Shown here: positions 58,917-64,000 of the stretch, piece after piece
Layout: every line of letters begins with the position of its first letter
How positions within the stretch are numbered: position 1 is the first letter of the stretch
Virus record (IMG/VR): IMGVR_UViG_3300029288_000072
Span: 134,443-198,442 of that record
Origin: a virus
Taxonomy: Duplodnaviria; Caudoviricetes
Strand: one strand, 5' to 3'
Length of the DNA: 64,000 nucleotides
Notes under the pieces: model-generated
Databases searched by the model: none
The model's input: the letters and a program-made list of their open reading frames with translations, nothing else
Told to the model about the DNA's origin: nothing
Translations under genes and position numbers: made by a program

Positions 58917-59536
58917 ATTTTAAATTTTTCTTTTTAGAAAATGAATTAAAAGGAAAGAATCTGGTCATTGTAGATGTACAACCAGAATATCAGCAATATT
59001 TTGAAAAATATGCATTTTCTATTAGAAATTTTACAAAATGGATTAACAAAAAATATAATACGTTTAATAAAGTTTTGTTTTTATTTAATGGGCCATCTTT
59101 GGGTATGATATCGGAAGATGATTTAAAATTATGGTATATAGAAAATGGATTAAAAGAAGATGTAGTTTATGAATCAGAATTTTTTGATAAAGGATATGCG
59201 TTTTTTAGAACATGCATTGATAATAATGTATCTGAATCTGACATTGTTTATCTTGTTAAATATATGTTAGAAAATAATATAAATGATTCCAGACAATTAG
59301 AAGAAACTGGATTATGGGATAAATTTGAAGAAAGATATAGTAATACACAATTAAGAAGTGTTTTAGAACATACAGGAGACATGATTTATATTCCTGATGT
59401 AATGGATGTATTAAAGAAATATGGAAATAATATAGTTCTTGTCGGTGGAGGAGCCGCTGAGTGCTTAAAAGAAGTAGAAATTGCATTAAATGCAAACGAT
59501 CAGGAATATACACAAATAGCCGAATGGGTTTATTAG
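58913..59536 (+). CDS. Isochorismatase/nicotinamidase-like cysteine hydrolase
   Basis: LVIVDVQ (Asp), DKG (Lys), GG..ECL (Cys); N-terminus MNFKFFFLENE. Confidence 0.65.
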   Translation: MNFKFFFLENELKGKNLVIVDVQPEYQQYFEKYAFSIRNFTKWINKKYNTFNKVLFLFNGPSLGMISEDDLKLWYIENGLKEDVVYESEFFDKGYAFFRTCIDNNVSESDIVYLVKYMLENNINDSRQLEETGLWDKFEERYSNTQLRSVLEHTGDMIYIPDVMDVLKKYGNNIVLVGGGAAECLKEVEIALNANDQEYTQIAEWVY

Positions 59537-59545
59537 GAGATAAAA

Positions 59546-59842
59546 ATGTTACCACCAGATGAAGGATTAAATGAAGAAGTCATGCTATGTCCAGCATGTG
59601 GATCATCAGATGTAGAAAAGACAGATACAAAATATAGAATCTGTCCAGGAAATAACGAAATGAATGAATATAAATGTAAAGCATGTGGTGCTACATATTT
59701 TCCTGCTATGGAATCTCATGATAAAACTGGAATTGATAAAATGATAGAAACATGGGGAAGAAAAACAGATCATGATAATTGGCTAAATAATATGAGAAAT
59801 AAAAAAATAACCAAAATATATTTCATAAGAGAATCTAAATGA
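59546..59842 (+). CDS. Zinc-ribbon protein
   Basis: CPACG...CKACG; AGGAG SD. Confidence 0.7.
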   Translation: MLPPDEGLNEEVMLCPACGSSDVEKTDTKYRICPGNNEMNEYKCKACGATYFPAMESHDKTGIDKMIETWGRKTDHDNWLNNMRNKKITKIYFIRESK

Positions 59843-60375
59843 GAATAGTTGGTGTCGATCCAGGTATTAATGGTGGATTATGTTTTATGACCGATGGGGT
59901 TGTTAATGCGGTTGTAAAAACACCTACATATGCATATACAGTAGGTTCGGGAAAGAAATTAAAGAAAAAGAAAATGCTGGATGCAGAAATTGTCGGGGAA
60001 TTGATAAAAAAGTTTAATCCTCATGCAGTCTATATTGAAAAGGTTGGAGGAATGCCAGGACAGGGAATTACATCTACATTTAATTTCGGGTTTGTAACTG
60101 GAATGGTCCACGGAATTTGTGGTGCATTAAAAATAAAAGTAACTACTGTTAGACCTCAAGAATGGAAAAAAGTTATACTAGAAAATGAAGATCATGATAA
60201 AGATGCAGCTATAGGATTTTGTCAACAAAACTTTCCTGATGTCAATTTATTACCAACAAAAAGATCCACAGAACCACATGATGGAATGGCAGAATCTATT
60301 TGTATAGCAATTTTTGGTCTGAAAAATGAAATAAATAAAATAAATACTACCGGAGATTCTACTAATGAAGGCTAG
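59839..60375 (+). CDS. RuvC-like Holliday junction resolvase
   Basis: GVDPG, YIEKV, F.FG, P.EWKK, DGMAE. Confidence 0.88.
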   Translation: MRIVGVDPGINGGLCFMTDGVVNAVVKTPTYAYTVGSGKKLKKKKMLDAEIVGELIKKFNPHAVYIEKVGGMPGQGITSTFNFGFVTGMVHGICGALKIKVTTVRPQEWKKVILENEDHDKDAAIGFCQQNFPDVNLLPTKRSTEPHDGMAESICIAIFGLKNEINKINTTGDSTNEG

Positions 60376-62194
60376 ATATAACGGAATACTATATAAAGTT
60401 ATAGATAAAACAGATAAATTCGTTATTCTGGAAGGAAAAGGTGGATACACATTTAAAGCATACTTAGAAAATGTAATATTTGAAAATAAACCAGAAGAAG
60501 TTCTTCCAAAAGAAAGACCACCTGTAAATGATATTGTAGAACAATCTGAAGATAAAAGCCTAATAGAAATGCCGTATGTAGATACACCAGATCATAGAGG
60601 ATTTGATTTTGCATTTGAAATATTAAATAAAAATTATCCCGATATAAATGAACGTAAACAAGTCTTTATTACTATGTTAAAAGATATTTTTGATGGAAAA
60701 AAAGTTCAAAGCCCTAGAAACGAAGATAATATTATAGAATTAAAAACAGATGAAGATAAACAAGATTTTTCAGATTATCTGTTGTCTGATGATACATTTA
60801 AATTATCAATACAAAAGTTTTTTAATCTATCCATAGAAGATATAATGGATACAATATCAAGACCTACGTTAATAAATGAAATAGATTTAAAAAAGATCGC
60901 AACTCATCCTGATGTAATTGATGCTATCAAAACAGTTTATAGTATAAAAGGGGTTGGTGATAGAAAAGGTGAATATAGTCCAGAAAGAGCAGTAGGTATG
61001 TTAAAACGTGCCGCAGAATTATTAAAGAAAGAAGGTAAATTAACAGAAGAAGAATATATAAAAAGAATAGTCGAATGGCTAAAAAAATCTGGTGATAGAG
61101 GAAAAGGAAGAAAAGTTATAGGTCTAAATGACTTACCTGGAGAAGTTATGTCAGATATTTCAAAACAACCAAAAAAAGAACCAGAAACAAAATTAAATGA
61201 TAATACAAAAGAGTTAGTACAGAAAATTATTGATTATATAGAAAATGGTAAGGTAACATATGATGAAATTAATACTGTTTTAAAAGATGAAAATGCACTA
61301 GAATATTTAGACCAAATAATAACAGTTTTAGAAAAACTTAATGTTGAAATAGTTGACGAAAAAACTCCTGAAACACAAACTCCTGCAATGTCTGGTGAAT
61401 TAAACGAATGTGGTGTTACATCTGCTGCTGCACCAGGAACAATGGATGCAACAACAAATCAAGCAATAGATGGAACTAGTGGAATTGCTATTAGACCATC
61501 ACGATTCGGCAAAAAAGATGAATATAAGTCTGATTTACAAAGAAGACTTGCAGAAGAAGTTGGATATGCCTCTTTAGAAGAAGTTTTTAAAACAGAAGTT
61601 CCTACAACAGGATTAACAAGTATAGAAGTATTAAAAAAGAAACAAAATGATGAAAAACAAAAAGAAGAATTAAAAAAATATTATTCGGAATTAGAAAATA
61701 ATAAACAAACCCCCGAAGAACTAGAAGAAGTAGTTAAAACAAAACTTAGAAAAAGACAAGACGCAACAAGTATATCATCATTAAAAGGTCCATATGAACA
61801 TGCTACAAAAGTTTTAAAAGATAAAGAACAACAAAATACTCCTAAAGAAAAAGAATTGGATGAAGTCGTTTCTACAAATTTAAGACCAACCCAAAATCTA
61901 AGAGATATAACAACATTGAAAGGTCCACATGCGGATGCGGTTAAAGCACAAGGAACTGCAACTACACGAAGAATGCCAGCAATAACCCCTTCTGTATCTA
62001 AAACTGATGATACAAAAAAATATACAAAGCCTAAATCTCACTCTGTCGGAATTATGAGGGAAAAAATTAAAAAATTATTTGATAATATTAATAATTCCGA
62101 TAATTTTGAATTTGATATAGAAGAACAAGAAGAAACAACATTAGAAGAAGAATTTGATTTAAATAAAATAATAGACGAATCACTAAACTCTTGA
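60365..62194 (+). CDS. Multi-module late protein with a sigma70 region 1.1-like domain and tandem repeats
   Basis: GKVTYDEINTVL...LDQIITVLEKLNVEIVDE; two ~43 aa repeats; many L/I-x-E motifs. Confidence 0.7.
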   Translation: MKARYNGILYKVIDKTDKFVILEGKGGYTFKAYLENVIFENKPEEVLPKERPPVNDIVEQSEDKSLIEMPYVDTPDHRGFDFAFEILNKNYPDINERKQVFITMLKDIFDGKKVQSPRNEDNIIELKTDEDKQDFSDYLLSDDTFKLSIQKFFNLSIEDIMDTISRPTLINEIDLKKIATHPDVIDAIKTVYSIKGVGDRKGEYSPERAVGMLKRAAELLKKEGKLTEEEYIKRIVEWLKKSGDRGKGRKVIGLNDLPGEVMSDISKQPKKEPETKLNDNTKELVQKIIDYIENGKVTYDEINTVLKDENALEYLDQIITVLEKLNVEIVDEKTPETQTPAMSGELNECGVTSAAAPGTMDATTNQAIDGTSGIAIRPSRFGKKDEYKSDLQRRLAEEVGYASLEEVFKTEVPTTGLTSIEVLKKKQNDEKQKEELKKYYSELENNKQTPEELEEVVKTKLRKRQDATSISSLKGPYEHATKVLKDKEQQNTPKEKELDEVVSTNLRPTQNLRDITTLKGPHADAVKAQGTATTRRMPAITPSVSKTDDTKKYTKPKSHSVGIMREKIKKLFDNINNSDNFEFDIEEQEETTLEEEFDLNKIIDESLNS

Positions 62195-62245
62195 TTTCTA
62201 TTTTAAACTCGCTATAATAGATTATTGCCCATAAGGATAATCTAA

Positions 62246-63127
62246 ATGCAAGTTATATTCGACCTAAATCACCTATCATATAGATGCTTTTTCGCTTGTA
62301 GAAATGATATTCAACAAGTTGGATACAAATATCTACATCATGTAATGTTTAATAATATAATTAACTTATCTAGAAGATTTGAAGCAGATAAAGTAATTCT
62401 TTGTGTAGATGATAAACAAAATTGGAGAAAAAAGATATACCCAGAATATAAGGCACAAAGAAAAGAAAATAGAGCAGAAGATATTAATTGGGAAGAATTT
62501 TACGCGGAATTTGATAAGTTTATAGAATATTGTAAAACATATTTCCCTTTCTACGTACTCCAAGTTAAATATATGGAAGCAGATGATATTGCTGCTATGT
62601 TGGCCAAAACATATCAGAATGAATCTAAAACAATCGTAACATCAGATGGTGACTATATTCAACTACTAAGATATAAAAATGTAAAAATATACGATCCTAT
62701 TAAATCTACATTTAAAAAAGAAGATGATCCAGTAAGAGCATTAAAAATAAAATGCCTGATGGGAGATAAATCTGATAATATACCACCTATTAAACCAAGA
62801 GTAGGTGAAGTAACGGCTGGAAAAATAGCAGACGATCCTAAATTGCTACAGGAAATACTTGAACATCCAGAATTAGGTGAAGAATATAAAGAAAACTATA
62901 AACGTAATATTAGACTAATAGATCTAAACCGTATTCCAGATAAATTACTATCTAAATCAATCCAACAATTTGAATCATATCAACTTGTTGACGGAAAAGG
63001 AATTTTTAACTTCCTAGCAAAAAATAAATTTAGAGATTTATTAAATAGATTAAATGAAATAGAAGAACTCTGCCTTAAATTAGTGGAAACATATAATAAT
63101 TCAAAAATATTAGATGGACAAGTTTAA
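62246..63127 (+). CDS. rnh: T4 RNase H-like 5'-3' exonuclease (FEN family)
   Basis: D, WRK.IYPEYKA.R, EADD, SDGD..QL, GDKSDNI, G..TA, RN..LIDL. Confidence 0.93.
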   Translation: MQVIFDLNHLSYRCFFACRNDIQQVGYKYLHHVMFNNIINLSRRFEADKVILCVDDKQNWRKKIYPEYKAQRKENRAEDINWEEFYAEFDKFIEYCKTYFPFYVLQVKYMEADDIAAMLAKTYQNESKTIVTSDGDYIQLLRYKNVKIYDPIKSTFKKEDDPVRALKIKCLMGDKSDNIPPIKPRVGEVTAGKIADDPKLLQEILEHPELGEEYKENYKRNIRLIDLNRIPDKLLSKSIQQFESYQLVDGKGIFNFLAKNKFRDLLNRLNEIEELCLKLVETYNNSKILDGQV

Positions 63128-63565
63128 ATCACGTTCTGTAATGATTCTAAAATTAATTCCTCTTTTATTGCAGTATTGAATTGCTGCATCCCATTTTGCT
63201 TTATTAACTGCCCATGTTTTTGCTTCTTGTAATAATGTAGTTTTCTTTTTGCCTTTTTTAGGAACAGGCTGTATTGTCTGCCTATATGGTTTAATCTCAA
63301 TTAAATCAATTTGTTCCTTCCTATTTACATCTATATATTTAATTAAAAAGTCTGGATAATATCTACAGACTTTTCCTTTTATTGGATTAAAATACATTAT
63401 TATTGAAGATTCTGACGACCATTCTAGTACTGATGGTGTAAGATCACAAAAACGCATGAATTTATATTCCCAAGACGACCTAGCCACAACCGGCCTTTTT
63501 CCTTTATACTTATCATTATTTACTATTTGATAAATACTTTTAATCCATTTGTTTTCTTGATGCAT
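63110..63565 (-). CDS. 4: Head completion nuclease (T4 gp4-like, TnsA-type fold)
   Basis: KYKG...RSSWE..FM..CD, WSSE, RYYPDF, IEIKP, N.AKW.AA, ITE. Confidence 0.88.
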   Translation of the reverse strand: MHQENKWIKSIYQIVNNDKYKGKRPVVARSSWEYKFMRFCDLTPSVLEWSSESSIIMYFNPIKGKVCRYYPDFLIKYIDVNRKEQIDLIEIKPYRQTIQPVPKKGKKKTTLLQEAKTWAVNKAKWDAAIQYCNKRGINFRIITERDLNLSI

Positions 63566-63579
63566 AATAACCTCAAAAT

Positions 63580-63591
63580 TATTTATAAATA
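63580..63591. promoter_or_regulatory. Overlapping bidirectional late promoters (TATTTATAAATA)
   Basis: TATAAATA on both strands between divergent genes at 63565 and 63610. Confidence 0.6.
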
Positions 63592-63609
63592 TATTATACG
63601 AGAAATATT

Positions 63610-63936
63610 ATGTTATTCAAAGAATATTTTTTATTAGAAAGAAAATCATTAGAAGAAAAAAGTATTTTTATCCAAAAATGGTATGAGGAAGCATTGGATA
63701 AAATTAGAAAAGGAGATTTCATAGTCTGTTCCGGTTTAAAAATGTCTTTCGGCAAATTATACGGAATAAAAGTAGTTGGTGAATATAATACAGATATAGG
63801 TTTTAGAAACGTCTATTATTTCGGTGTATTGGATGATGAACAACAACCATCAAGTGCTACTGGCAGAGCAGATATAATAGATATTCCAACAGGCGGAAAA
63901 CAAGGAGGCATATCTAGATATATAAATTGTACATAA
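63610..63936 (+). CDS. Hypothetical late protein with capsid-targeting-like N-terminus
   Basis: MLFKEYFLLE; late promoter upstream. Confidence 0.65.
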   Translation: MLFKEYFLLERKSLEEKSIFIQKWYEEALDKIRKGDFIVCSGLKMSFGKLYGIKVVGEYNTDIGFRNVYYFGVLDDEQQPSSATGRADIIDIPTGGKQGGISRYINCT

Positions 63937-63964
63937 TAATGTATATAAGTATAAAAATAAGTAT

Positions 63965-63992
63965 TTGACAAATCAAAATTATATGATATAAT
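63965..63992 (+). promoter_or_regulatory. Consensus sigma70 promoter (TTGACA-16-TATAAT with extended TG)
   Basis: TTGACA at 63965-70, TG at 63984-85, TATAAT at 63987-92. Confidence 0.75.
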
Positions 63993-64000
63993 ATTATATA

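Noticed and set aside
995-62563. Short antisense or nested ORFs in the track (e.g. 995-1213, 1765-2112, 27046-27432, 34116-34517, 39467-39733, 51592-51837)
   Set aside because: They are shadows of well-supported genes on the other strand or frame, with no motifs or RBS
63110-63565. TnsA transposase / Tn7-like element
   Set aside because: Size, motifs and late promoter fit the T4 gp4 head completion nuclease; no TnsB/C or transposon ends
1-64000. Stop-codon reassignment (alternative genetic code)
   Set aside because: Core genes are full length and tightly packed in the standard code; TAA, TAG and TGA all end real genes

Overview
This is a 64 kb, very AT-rich segment of a large T4-like (Tevenvirinae-like core) dsDNA bacteriophage genome, read in the standard genetic code. 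It holds a near-complete T4-type replication, recombination and late-transcription module: gp43 with a mini-intein, gp41, gp61, gp32, gp59-like, gp44/62/45, RegA, UvsX/W/Y, gp46/47, gp55, topoisomerase gp39+60/gp52, RNase H, RuvC-like and gp4-like genes. Nucleotide metabolism is covered by ThyA, dUTPase and a class II RNR, and there are two peptidoglycan-active genes. An unusually large glycan toolkit is present: a ~17 kb cluster of 23 genes plus rmlB, an rmlC-rmlD fusion and two further glycosyltransferases interleaved with replication genes. The most notable unexplained signals are: (1) sigma-factor parts on separate genes (gp55 sigma2-type, a sigma4-HTH/gp33-like gene, and a sigma70 region 1.1-like domain in a probable virion polyprotein); (2) a 540-bp non-coding gap with GNA-triloop hairpins, 10-bp repeats and a multi-stem, pseudoknotted element, downstream of the uvsY-uvsW operon; (3) periodic AGUA repeats over the ribosome-binding sites of uvsX and gene 32; (4) proteins with T4-like capsid-targeting N-termini (SLOG, cysteine hydrolase, nuclease, metallopeptidase); (5) an orphan PvuII-like endonuclease; (6) promoter geometry implying many leaderless mRNAs. 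All protein calls come from motif recognition and synteny by eye; no database searches were run.
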